Below, one piece after another: positions 10,763 through 22,487 of a stretch of 64,000 nucleotides of DNA. Position 1 is the first letter of the stretch. The number at the start of each line of letters is the position of its first letter. The DNA comes from Azolla caroliniana (lineage: Eukaryota; Plantae; Polypodiophyta). The notes under the pieces were generated by a model, which worked only from the letters and a program-made list of their open reading frames with translations, was not told the origin of the DNA and searched no databases. Position numbers and translations under genes: made by a program. Location: assembly GCA_043228905.1 (NCBI GenBank), contig JBHGNT010000015.1, positions 14,880,001 through 14,944,000 on the forward strand. Reading direction: 5' to 3'.

Positions 10763-12127
10763 TGTTGGGAAAATACGACGAAGATACATGAACTTGAGGC
10801 AGGACCCTAGGGCCTCCGACTAGAGGATAACAAATTTGTGCGGTTGGATAAAAGAATTAACGGAAATGAGAAAGTTTGATAAATTTCATTGGCAAAGAAA
10901 AAGAAAATTTACAATATATCCCCAAGATTGGGAGTACAGAAGTTCAGGTTTAAAGAGATTAATAGATAGGAAAAATTAGGGTTTTTGAGAGATATGGCTT
11001 CCGTAAGTAAAATTAGGGTTTATACGAGATATGGTTTCTGTAAGGAAAATTCGGGTTTATGTGAGATATGGTTTCCGTAAGGAAAAATAGGGTTTATGTG
11101 AGATATGGCTTCCGTAAGGAAAAAATAGGGTTTATGCGAGATATGGCTTCTGTAAGGAAAAAAATTACCCCCCAATAATAATAATCCCCTATTACATTGT
11201 GCTTTCCACCCTTACTTATATAGTGATGGGAGATTTAGTACATAACAATCCATGCTTTTTCTTACTATAGACTTCATGCTTTTTCTTCTAATAATAGCGT
11301 TCATGCATGACCTTACTTTAGTTGCATGGCCTCTGTTTTTAGAGGCATGCGTTCACACAGGACCTTACTTAGTTGCATGGTCTCTATTTTTAGTTGCATG
11401 CATCCACACATGACCTTTGCTATTTCTAACTATAGACTTTATGCTTTTTCTTCTAATAATAACGTTCATGCATGACCTCTATTTTTAGAGGCATGCGTCC
11501 ACACATGACCTTACTTTAGTTGCATGGCCTCTATTTTTAGTTGCATGCGTCCACACATGACCTTACTTTAGTTGCATGGCCTCTATTTTTTGTTGCATGC
11601 ATCCACACATGACCTTACTTTAGTTGCATGGCCTCTATTTTTTGTTGCATGCGTCCACACATGACCTTACTTTAGTTGCATGGCCTCTATTTTTTGTTGC
11701 ATGTATTTGTACAATCATCCCGCCTGATCTGACCGACCCGCGTCCCAACCAATCCGACCATCCTATCCGACCCGACCAAAATCATTCCAAGCAGTTTATC
11801 CGCATCCATCCATCTAGACAATTTAGGCCAAATCACCCTCATCATTGTTTGCTCCAAACACACACATATGAAATAATAAGTCATGGGTCTACTTATATAC
11901 TGCTGGATCCAATGTTGTGCTATCTATGTGGGATATCTCACAGTTCTGTTTTCCACATCTTCTCAACTTCATACTCACATAACTTCATACATAGTTGTCC
12001 CTTTCATATGTAGTAAAATGCTTTCGGAAGCTCTTGACGATGTCTATCTTTTCATACCAAGCCATTAAGCGGATATAAAATAATTATTTCATTATATTTC
12101 ATATCGTGTGTGAAGAACCACACGACA
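10763..12127 (-). mobile_element. Solo LTR of a related Gypsy family with two internal tandem arrays
   Basis: Minus-strand termini TGTCGTG...CCCAACA. Removing it plus 4 bp restores the gag frame (EDSSKATRRGF). Arrays: ~42-bp tagggtttatgcgagatatggcttccgtaagg (10975-11165) and ~52-bp gcatgcgtccacacatgaccttactttagttgcatgg (11300-11705). Confidence 0.8.
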
Positions 12128-13561
12128 ACTCGGAGAGGATTCACAGATTGGGTGGAAACACCAGACAAAGGGCTGAAGGTCGTCGATGTGTTTTTAGCAT
12201 TCGAAAGTCGATTCAAGAGGTTGTCCGTGAGAGATCAACCTATCCTCGCACCAGACAAAGTGATCATGTTCTTATGAGCCGTGGACATCTGGGACCTGAA
12301 AGATCTCGGAGTACTTCTAGAGGATGCGACTATTGAGAGTGGCCTCAACACTACATGGGAAAACTTGTGAGACATCGTCGTGCGATACACAAAGAGGGGG
12401 AAATGGCTTGGTAATGAAGAAAAGAGAATTTCGGAACTAATCTTGAGACCAAGACCCGGATTGGAAGATCACCAACCACGACCTCGGGACACTACGACCG
12501 AAAAGGGAATTGATGCGATCACGGTGGAGCACTTGCTAAAAGAGATGGAAAATCTCAAGATTGCTATGGTGAAGAAATCGGAAGACCATCCCACGAGTTC
12601 AAAGTATATGGACCGTCGATGCATATGGTGTGATAGCACCGAACATGATCAGAAAGATTGCGATGAGCACAAGGAGGCTCTGCAATGGTATCTCATTTAC
12701 TACGAGGGAAATTGGATCCATTCGATGAACTCACAGAAGCCATTTCGACCGAACTTCCGAAAAGGCGGCATGAAGAAGGTCCTAGAGGAGGAGACTGTGG
12801 AAAAAATCAATTATGTAACAGGCGCGGGAATACGTGTGGGAGAAACATCTAGAGCGAAGTCGACTTTTTGTCCGGAAGTGCTAGAAATCTCCGAGAAAAT
12901 CGACACTAATGAGATCCGAAGCACCGGGGAAGGCATCTGAGAGGCTATAGGATGGGAGTGCCCCGTAGACAAGAATAACATTTACACCCTATGCCAATTA
13001 CATGAGGTGTATGTAGATGATAAACAATTGCGCACGGATGATGTGGCCGAACCATCGAAGACACTAGAGAACTGGAATTCCAAAGGAAAAGGAAAAGGGA
13101 AAACGATTCCGACATTCAAACTAGTGTAGGATATCGAACAACAGACGGATCTAAAGAAGGTGTTCGAAGAGAGAATCCTTGATAGTCGGGTGGAATTTTC
13201 TCTCCGGGAATTGCTCACAATAGCAAAGAAAGAGTTCCATGATCTCCTCGTGGACCTCGTGAAGAGAAAGAGGCAAGATATAGAACAATCGAATGCTCCA
13301 AGGTGAATGTGAAATATAGGATGAGATTCTAAACTCTCACTACACAAAGTCACAATGGGCATGAGCAACTACGGAGACTCCGGTCTGAATTGGAAACATC
13401 AAAGAGCCTGTAGTTGCATTGATTGATCATGGATCATACATCAATCTTATGTCCAAGGAGTTCTACCGGAAGGGGAAGTGGCCTATTAACGACAATCATG
13501 GATGGAAGATCCGGGCAACCACTAAAGCAACAGAAGACCTATTTGTGGCTTGTTTGGATGT

Positions 13562-15491
13562 AACACCGGGTCATTTGAAACAGGTAATATGTCACATTAT
13601 GAGAACACTACGTTAAAAAAGGGCACAAAAGCACGCAGTTTTCAAAAAGACACGACGCATGCGTAAAGCTTTTCAGAAAAGGTGGCAAAATATATTGAAT
13701 TTCAACATGACTACCACTTTGAGGCATAAGTAAAATGCCTCCAAAAATACATCACCAAAATTACAAAATAATGTACAACATGTCTACCAGTTACAATTAT
13801 ACATATTCGTGAGTTTACATCCAAAACAAATTTACAAAGTTTCCAATCATGTAGTAAAACAATCCCCAGCTTGAACCAAACCAATATGTTAAGACATGTC
13901 TGATGGACTAGAAGAGCATTCTGACGTCTCATCCTCATCATCAGTGGCAATCAAAGCATTATCCTCATCCAATTCCAACCCAACATCTTTGTGGTTATGA
14001 GAATTGCTTCTGGTTATTCTCTGTATTTCGTTTGACACCATGTTTGGGATTTTCTCCTTAAAGATTCCTTAAAGATTCCTTTCCTCAACACATAGAATTT
14101 TTTTTTTTTTTTGTACAACGAACTTGGAAAGCAATTCTGAAAGGCAGGACCTTCACCGAAAATCTGTTGCACTGCATTGGATTTTGGTTGAAGGTAGGAC
14201 CTTTCAACCAAAATCCGATGTAGTGCATCGGATTTTGGTTGAAAGTCATGCAAATCCGATGCAGTGCAGCGAATTTTGGTTGAAAGGCAGGACTTTCAAT
14301 GCAAATCCGATGCACTGCATCGGATTTTTGTTGAAAGGTAGGAGCTTCAACCAAAATCCGATGCAGTGCAACGGATTTTGGTTGAAAGGCATGACTTTCA
14401 ACGCAAATCTGATGCAGTGCAACGGATTTGCGTTGAAAAAAATGCTGTTTTTGCGATAAAAAACTATCGCATGGGACCATAAAATTGACGTAATTTAGAT
14501 GATAATTTGCGTGATTTAGATAAAATTGTACGTTGTTTCTATGTTTTCACCAACGTTTTTAATTTCAGTGAACCCAGACAACAAGTTCCTTCATTTAGAT
14601 TGAAGATTCGATCTCTGACAAAACGAGATTCTGGCTCCTTCATCAAGGACACGAGTAAAAAGATTTTATTTGACTGAACAGGGGAAGGAGGATCCAAGTC
14701 ATCTCCTATGTCGAGGAGGATGGGGTGCTATTATTGATAACAGCAAAATCGGACGGGGATTTTGAGGCATAATGTTCACCATCACTTCATATTATATTTG
14801 TATATGAGAACATCTGTAATTGTTTATCGTTTAATTAAATTCACCTGTTCATAATTTCCCTTTTTAATCATTATTGGAACCGTAGTTTGTATTTACATAT
14901 AATTGGTCACCATGCTCTTCTTCAGTTTGAAATATTAACATGATATTGTAATTTCTCATTTCCGTTAGCATGACTGTATATGAAAAGGCGAATGTTTTTG
15001 ATAATAAGAGGTTTTTAGTTACCTACGGTTCAAGTCTACTGGTTCCACATAGTATAAATGAATGTCGTACGTAGTTGTTACTCTTACCAATTGCATTGTC
15101 ATGAACTATATGACATTATACAATGAAACTATCAATATACCCGTCCAACAAGTGGGGTACTACTTTATTCCTAAACCCAAAACCACATATTTATAATTAC
15201 GGTTTATGTAGTTTTACTCTACAATTTGAATATGGATACCAATTTTAGAACTTTATATTGAACCAAGTCTTCAATTGTGCTCCATGATATGCAAATTGAC
15301 ACGAATGTGGACACATACAATTTAGTAATTGCTAGGTTTTTTTTGTTCTATATTTAACCATCAAGTCGCAAAAGGGGTACGCATGCATCGTATATTTTCG
15401 ATATCGGGCTAAAATAGGGTACTTTTCTACATCAGGCCAACTATGCCAAAAGAGAATACGACATATTACCTGTTTCAAATGACCCGGTGTT
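13562..15491. mobile_element. Non-autonomous TIR DNA transposon inserted in the Gypsy protease
   Basis: Perfect 32-bp TIR AACACCGGGTCATTTGAAACAGGTAATATGTC at both ends; ATGT on both flanks; removal restores the frame ACLDVMVKIRDVEIDQNF. Confidence 0.88.
14140..14440. repeat. Palindromic tandem array (~59-bp unit, ~5 copies)
   Basis: Alternating CAAAATCCGATGCA-G-TGCATCGGATTTTG and TTGAAAG-gcagga-CTTTCAA inverted repeats. Confidence 0.88.
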
Positions 15492-18002
15492 ATGTGATGG
15501 TGAAGATCAGAGATGTGGAGATTGACCAAAATTTCTTCGTGCAAGATGAGGTCTCACATTCCATGATCCTCGGGCAACCCTTTATCACGGCTTCACGGAT
15601 TGAAACAAAGGTGCTCGATAGCGGAGCGGCTTTTGCACAGATTCGGAGCCAAAGCTGAGGGAAAACTGTCCAATTCCTAACTGTGCCATCGAATCACGAA
15701 AGGAACAAGAGAGAGCTCATCCCAAAGAAAACTGGATTTTTAAAGCGGAGTGGGGAAGTGATAGTCCGAGAAGCCCTGATACCCCACACAGGAAGAAAAC
15801 TCTCGTAGCAAAACAAGTGCGAATCAACCTAGATGGGGCATCTACATACATGGCCGTTACCGGAGAAATGAAGAAAGAACTCCGGAAGATGAAAGATGAG
15901 CTACGGTCTGCATCAATTATAAAAGAGGATGAAGAAATCATGGGTGTAGTCGAAGAAGTGTTCTAAGGGAGCACACTACAACAACTTGAAGAGCTTGTGG
16001 AAGAGAATAGTCAAGAAGATCGGGTAGTTCCGGTGGAATCGATCGAGAAGTACGAGATCATTGCGAAAATGGGGCCGGATGTGCTCTGCAAAGAAGAAGC
16101 AATGGTATGTATGAAATACAAAACTGTGGAAAAGAAGGTGAAACCATCTACGGGACCATTACCCGCCAATAGTGAACAAAAGAGGAAAGAAGTCTTGGGA
16201 GATCCAACACTTCGAAAGTCCGTGGATATCGGACATACCTTCATGAATGAGACCTGAAAGAAACTCCGGATCGGTGGAGATGGGTTCCTCTTACCGAATG
16301 AAAAAGACCGATTCTGTGAGATGCTAGAGCCATTAGGAAAAGCATTTGCATTCACATCAAGAGAGATAGGGTACGTCAATCCGAAGAAATTGGAGCAGAT
16401 GGTGATCTTCACAATAGAACATGTGTCATGGAATTTGAAGCCAATTCCGGTGCCACAGGCCCATATTCCAAAATTATTGACTTGCTCAAGGAAAAGGTGG
16501 CGATGGGGATTCTAGCGCCATCAAATGCTCCGTACTGAAATCAATGGTTTATGGTTCTGAAGAAGAATGGGTCACTCCGGTTTATTCAAGATTTGCAACC
16601 GGTGAACAAGGTCACGAGATGGAACTCCGGAGTCGGTCCGATAGTGGATGAATTTGCAGAAGTGTTTGACGGACACGCGATATACTCCATCGGAGACCTA
16701 TACTCCGGTCCGGGTATGAAGAATTCTAGTTAGCTGTGGAGAGCCGAGATATCACTACAACGTGGACACCAATAGGATCAGTCCGGATGTCTACGCTACC
16801 ACAAGGAGCGATGAACTCGATCGCACATATGATGAATGCGATGAACAAGGTGCCTCGAGACTACATTCTGGAGATAACGATGCCATTCCTAGATGACATT
16901 CCAATGAAAGGATGTGCGGTAGAAGAAAAGGATGAGAATATGGGTGATCGGGGATGTCGTAAATTCGTAGGCGACCATATTTGCGACTGTGAGAAAGTGC
17001 TACAGAAGTTAGAAGATGTGCACTTAACACTCTCCGGAGAGAAATCGGCATTCAGACAGAAGCGATATTGATAGTCGGACATCTATGTGGGCCCTACGGG
17101 CGAAGACCGTCACTAGTCAAGATCGATGCGATTCAAGCCATGAAAGAAATATGCGAGTCACAATCCGAAGTCCGTAGATTTCTTGGTGCTTGTGCCTTTT
17201 ATCACATATGGATTCCACACTATGCCCACGTTGCAAACCCACTCTATTACTTGCTACGGAAGGGTAAGAAGTTCGAATGGAGACCGGAACATACCAAAGC
17301 CATGAAGAAGCTCAAGAAAACACTACGGAGGGCAAAAGCACTTAAGAAGCTGAATTATGACAGACCGATCATAGTGACGGTTGATACAAGTCCAACTGGG
17401 ATCGGATGGGTCATCAACCAAGTCGACTTGGATGGTTCCCGATACCCGATTCGATTCGGAGCAAAGGTTCTTAACGAAAGGCAATGCGGATATGCACAAC
17501 TTAAAAGAGAATTATGGGGAGTCGTGTCGCCAATAAAATCGGATCGAGATTATTTGATAGGAGCCGAAGTAGTGATCGAAACAGATTGTCTTCCGATACT
17601 CGGGATGATGCGATGTTGCACGATACCGGATGTGGCTATGCTAAGATGGATTGCATATGTAAAGTCACTTAATCTGGAGGTTCAACACATCTCGGGAAAA
17701 GAAAACCCGATAGCGGATATGTTATCAACTGCCCGGTTCGAAGATGACATAGTCGAATCGGATAATGAAGAAGTTTCCGAAAACTACTTTTCTTCGAAGC
17801 ACATATGCTGGGTGAACGTGATTCGGGAGTTCCGGAAAAGAAAAATATGAGGGAGAAAGCTTACTGATTTGGTAAGTGCTACAAGAAATTGAGGAATCAT
17901 CAGACAATAAAGAAAAGATAACTGAGATCCGAAGGAAAAAACGACAAGTCCGGAAGTTCTTCTTGAACAATGGATTAATTTGGAGAGAGCCAAAAATACC
18001 AG

Positions 18003-18634
18003 TGTCGTGAAAATTCGTCACTATGTGCAGATCTTGAGGCGGAACCGCCGGGGTTATCGACGGGAAGGAAATAGGGATCACACGCACAACACAAGGAATG
18101 CTTACACAAACAAGGCATGAGTATTCAAACGTGTTTGTGAAAAGGAGAGGTGCATGGGCAAGCCCGAATCAACCCCTAATCACAAGGCGAACGAATGCAC
18201 GTGAGGAAGGCTTACTCACGGACACACAAGGAAAAGGCTTACTTACACACACGAGAGACAGAGTTTTGAATGACTTTGTGAAAAGAAAGGTGCATGGGCA
18301 AGCCCGAATGCTCTCTTGTTACAAGACACGCGAACACACAAGCAAGGTTTACATACGGAAGACACAATTTCGAACGCCTTTGTGAAAGGAGAGGTGCATG
18401 GGCAAGCCCGAACGCTTCCTTGCCACAAGTCGCACAAACACACAAGGAAGATTTACACTAACACACAAGATATGATTTTGAACACCTTTGTGAAAGGAGA
18501 GGTGCAGGGGCAAGCCCGAACGCTCCCTTGCCCAAAGTTGCATGAACAGGTAAGCACAAATGAAAATAACATATAAGACACGTAACTTTGAATGCCTTTG
18601 TGAAAGGAGAGGTGCATGGGCAAGCCCGAAATGC
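18003..18634 (-). mobile_element. LTR fragment (probably Gypsy) with a 5-unit tandem array
   Basis: Starts TGTCGTG exactly where the host integrase region breaks; core CTTTGTGAAAGGAGAGGTGCATGGGCAAGCCCGAA repeated at ~18133, 18274, 18378, 18486 and 18596. Confidence 0.7.
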
Positions 18635-21600
18635 TGTCATGCCTTTTGGCTCCGGATCGTTGCGTGAGTCAGGTGGGAACCACTGAGGTTTTGGACTAGA
18701 AGAAAGAAGAATATGAGATAAGGCTAGTAATGAATAGGTAGAAAGAGAGGTAAGTTCTGAATCTCGTGAATCCCACGAGTTTAGTATCCTTAATCAATAT
18801 TTAGATAGTAAGAGAAAATTCAGATCACAAATTCATGAATCCCACGAATATATTATATTGGTCAATCCTTACAAAATAATCAACAACCAAATACATCTTT
18901 CTCTCTTCCTTATATAGTGATGGAAGAGGCTAAGCATAACATCATGCTTTCCCTAAACTGTTCATGCCCGCTAGGTGTGCATGAGTTGCCTCCTCTCAAC
19001 CATGCTTTCCACTTCCTAAATATAGTGTTCATGCACGCTAAGCATGCATGAGTAACTTTTCTTTTGTTTGCTTGTTTCTTCTAGATAAAGTTTTCACCAA
19101 CTCTAAAAGTGCATGATCTGCCTTCTTGTAAAAGTAGGTGTAAATATAAGTCATATATCACTTACGATAAGTTATTACAATAGTAAAGTTTGGGTTTATT
19201 TGCATGGAGGTACATGGTTCGAATCTTGCCCTATGCATGTAACAATCTTTTTTTCTATTTACAAATTTGTCTCTTCATCCGGTGAGAGACTCTCACCGAC
19301 CTTCTTTATCTGGCTCTTGTTGGTTTTGCTTGATCCGGTTCTCACCGGTTCTCCTCATCGGGTCCTCCTTGCCGGTTCCTCCTTCATCTGGTTCTCACCG
19401 GGTCCTCCTTACCGGGTCCTCCTTACCCCATCTAGAGGGACCAAAATGCAATTTTCACGTAGTGTGCGAATTACACTACGACACTCGCCCCCTCCAAACC
19501 TGCACATCCTCTGGTATGTGCCGAAGTTCCCGATGCCTGTTGTTCGTCTTCATCCGTAGCACTTTCCAATTCCTCCCTTATATCAACTATCAATTGTAGA
19601 ACGCTTTCTTCGCTTTCTGCATCACCACGACCTTTGTCCAATTGATCCTGGTTGTCGGTCTTGTCTAAGCTTACATAAGGTTCTTCGTCAAGCCGTTTCT
19701 TGAAATTCTTCCCCCGTTTCCCCGCTATAGGCACCCGTAGTACTGTTCCATCCAACTCGCATAGTCGGTAAGTTCCGTTGTCGAAAACTTTCCGAACTTC
19801 GTATGGCGCAAACCACCTTTTTGCGAACTTCCGTATCGTTGTATGTTGATGATCTAGACTACTGTCATAAACAATCACCCAATCACCTTCTTCAATCTTC
19901 CGCGGTCATAGTCGATGCTTTGTGTCGAATCAGCTTTTGTTCCGGAATCGCGCTTCTTGTTGTCGGCATGTTGCTTCCGCTATATCTTCTGGTCTTCCCT
20001 CCAACTGTTGTATCCGGACTGCTAGTAGTTCTTCCCGGCTCATCTCTTCCTTCCACGACAGCACTGTCCATGTCGTAATTGTAGTTTCCGTTGGCATTAC
20101 CAAGGCTTGTCTGGTCATGAGTTTGGCCAGCATAAAACCAGTCACGGAACTTTGCATCGTACGATCCGCCCATAGTGCATACGGGAGCATCTGCAACCAA
20201 TCCTTCACCCTTCCGTCGCATGCTTTTCCAAGTGCTTTGACGATTGGACTATATCCTAATTCGATCTTCCCGTTGGCTTCTTGATTGTATGCCGTTGTTA
20301 GTGTTAACCGAACTCCATGTTTGGTGAAGAATTCCCTAGCTTTATCAGAGTCAAGTTCTCCTCGATCCGCAATCACTTATCCTACGCACCCGTATTGGAA
20401 AAACACTTCTTCCAAAAGAAATTGGCATACTACAGAACATGTTTTCCTCCGTAGTGCTCGACCTTCTACTTGGTTTGTGAGATCTTCCCGAGCTAACACC
20501 AAGTACTTCTTTTGTCCGATCCTGGTTGGCATGGCTACAATGTTGACCATCCATTTGAAGTTGATTGTCGGTGAGAATGTCGGATGTAACTCATCTCGGT
20601 GTCAAACTCCGGAGTAGACTTGGCATTTCTCGCAACTTTCCGTGAACTCCGCAACATCTTTGTACATATTCTTCCACCAATATCTTTGCTTGATCTTCAC
20701 AAATGTTCCCCATGTTCCCCGATGTCTAGCCCAATCAGATTCATGAAATTCACACATTATCTGGTTTCGTTGCTCTTTTGTCCTGACTACTCGAAGTAGT
20801 ATGACATCCGGTCTTTCCGGTCTTTTCGGCTCCCTCCATATGAATCCATTTTTCAAGAAGAACTTTCGAACTTGCTGCTTCTTACTTCGGATCTCGGCTC
20901 TCTTCTCTTTATTGTCCGATGATTCCTTGATTTCTTGTAGCACTTTCCCGATGAACAAGCTTTCTCCCTCATATTCTTCTTCTTGGAATTCTTGGATTAC
21001 GTTCACTCGGCATATGTGCTCCGAAGCAAAGTAGTCTTCGAAAATTTCTTCATTATCAGATTCGGTTATGTCATCTCCAAACCACGCCCTTGATAGCATA
21101 TCCGCTACCGCGTTGTCTTTTCCGGAGATGTGTTGTAGCTCCGGATTAAGTGACTTAACATATACAATCCACCTTAGCATAGCCACATCCGGTATAGTAC
21201 AACACCGCATCATCCCGAGTATCGGAAGACAATCCGTTTCGATCACTACTTCGGCTCCGATCAAATAATCTTGATCTGATATGATTGCTCCGAATCAGAT
21301 AGGATATCACGAACCATCCTAGTCGGCTTGATTGATGACCCATCCGATTCCGGTTGGACTTGTGTCAACCGTTACCTGATCGGTCGGTCATAGCTCGACT
21401 TCTTAAGTGGTTCGGCCCTCCGTAGTGTTTTCTTAAGCTTCTTCATGGCTTTGGTATGTTCCGGTCTCCATTCGAACTTCTTACCCTTCCGCAACAACTG
21501 ATAGAGTGGGTCCGCAATATGCGCATAGTGCGGAATCCATATGTGATAGAATGCACATGCTCCAAGAAACCTTCGGACTTCGGATTATGACTCGCATACT

Positions 21601-21648
21601 TCTTTCATAGCTTGAATCGCATTGATCTTGGTTGGTGACGGTCTTCGG
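18635..21648 (-). mobile_element. Gypsy family A 3' half (3' LTR 18635-19483, INT, RNase H), degenerate
   Basis: LTR homology; PPT at 19484-19497; ORF fragments 19471-19878, 19930-20376 and 20602-21264 match 62..2260. Confidence 0.92.
19173..19231 (+). ncRNA. tRNA-derived Pol III-type cassette inside LTR (A box degenerate)
   Basis: TATTACAATAGTAAA..GGAGGTACATGGTTCGAATC followed by TTTTTT at ~19248. Confidence 0.55.
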
Positions 21649-22487
21649 CTGGACATCGGGGAACATGGGCAACATTTGCAAAGATCAAGCAAAAATATTG
21701 GTGGAAGAATATGTACAAGGATGTAGCGGAGTTCATAGAAAGTTGCGAGAAATATCAAATCTACTCCGGAGTTTGACATCGCGATGAATTACATCCGACA
21801 TTCTCACCGACAATCAACTTGAAATGGATGGTCGACATCGTGGCCATGCCAATCGGGATCGGGCAAAAGAAATACTTGGTGCTAGCTCGGGAGGATCTGA
21901 CGAACCAAGTAGAAGGTCGGGCACTACGGAGAAAAACATGTTCTACAGTATGCCAATTTCTTCTTGACAAGTGATTGCTGATCGGGGAGAACTCGACTTT
22001 GATAAAGCTATGGAATTCTTTGCTAAACATGGAGTACGACTGGCACTAAACACGACATACAACCCAGAAGCAAAAGAGAAGATTGAACGAGTTCATAGTC
22101 CAATCGTGATAGCACTTGCAAAAGCGTGCGACGGGAGGGTGAACAATTGGCCGTAGATGCTTCCGTATGCACTATGGGCAAATTGCACAACGCATAGTTC
22201 CGTGCTCGGATATATGCCAACGGGACTTATGACCGAACAAGCTCCGGTAATGCCTATGGAAACAACAATTGCAACATGGAAAATGCTACCATGGAAGGAA
22301 GAGATGAGTCGGGAAGAACTACTGGTGGTCCAGATACAACAGCTAGAAGGAAGACTGGAGGATGTAGCGGAAACGGTACACTAACAACAAAAAGCACAAT
22401 TTCGGAACAAACATCGATTCGATAAAAAGGACCGACTTCGACCGCGGAAGATCGAAGAAGGGGATTGGGTGATAGTCTATGATATTA
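21645..22487 (+). mobile_element. Gypsy family A integrase fragment, inverted relative to its neighbour
   Basis: GHRGTW..LAREDLTNQVEGRALR..MLPYALWA..EEGDWVIVYD with stops. Confidence 0.88.

Larger units (their letters stand above)
9653..18002 (+). mobile_element. Degenerate Gypsy family A element (5' LTR 9653-10386, PBS, gag-PR-RT-RNase H) interrupted by three insertions
   Basis: LTR TGTCGT..ACGACA; PBS TGGTGAACCCGACGTGAA 10391-10408; gag from 10425; CIWC..H..C knuckle; protease LIDHGS (~13419); RT FLDD (~16890); RNase H 17068-17850; many stops and frameshifts. Confidence 0.92.

Noticed and set aside
10975-11165. TAGGGTTT motifs as interstitial telomere
   Set aside because: Single motifs within a 42-bp LTR tandem unit, not (TTTAGGG)n arrays.
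14085-14480. Repetitive Cys/His-containing ORFs on both strands
   Set aside because: Artefact of a palindromic tandem repeat; no domain signature.
18125-18634. CRISPR-like repeat-spacer pattern
   Set aside because: Spacers are long and homologous to each other, there are no cas genes, and the context is a eukaryotic LTR.
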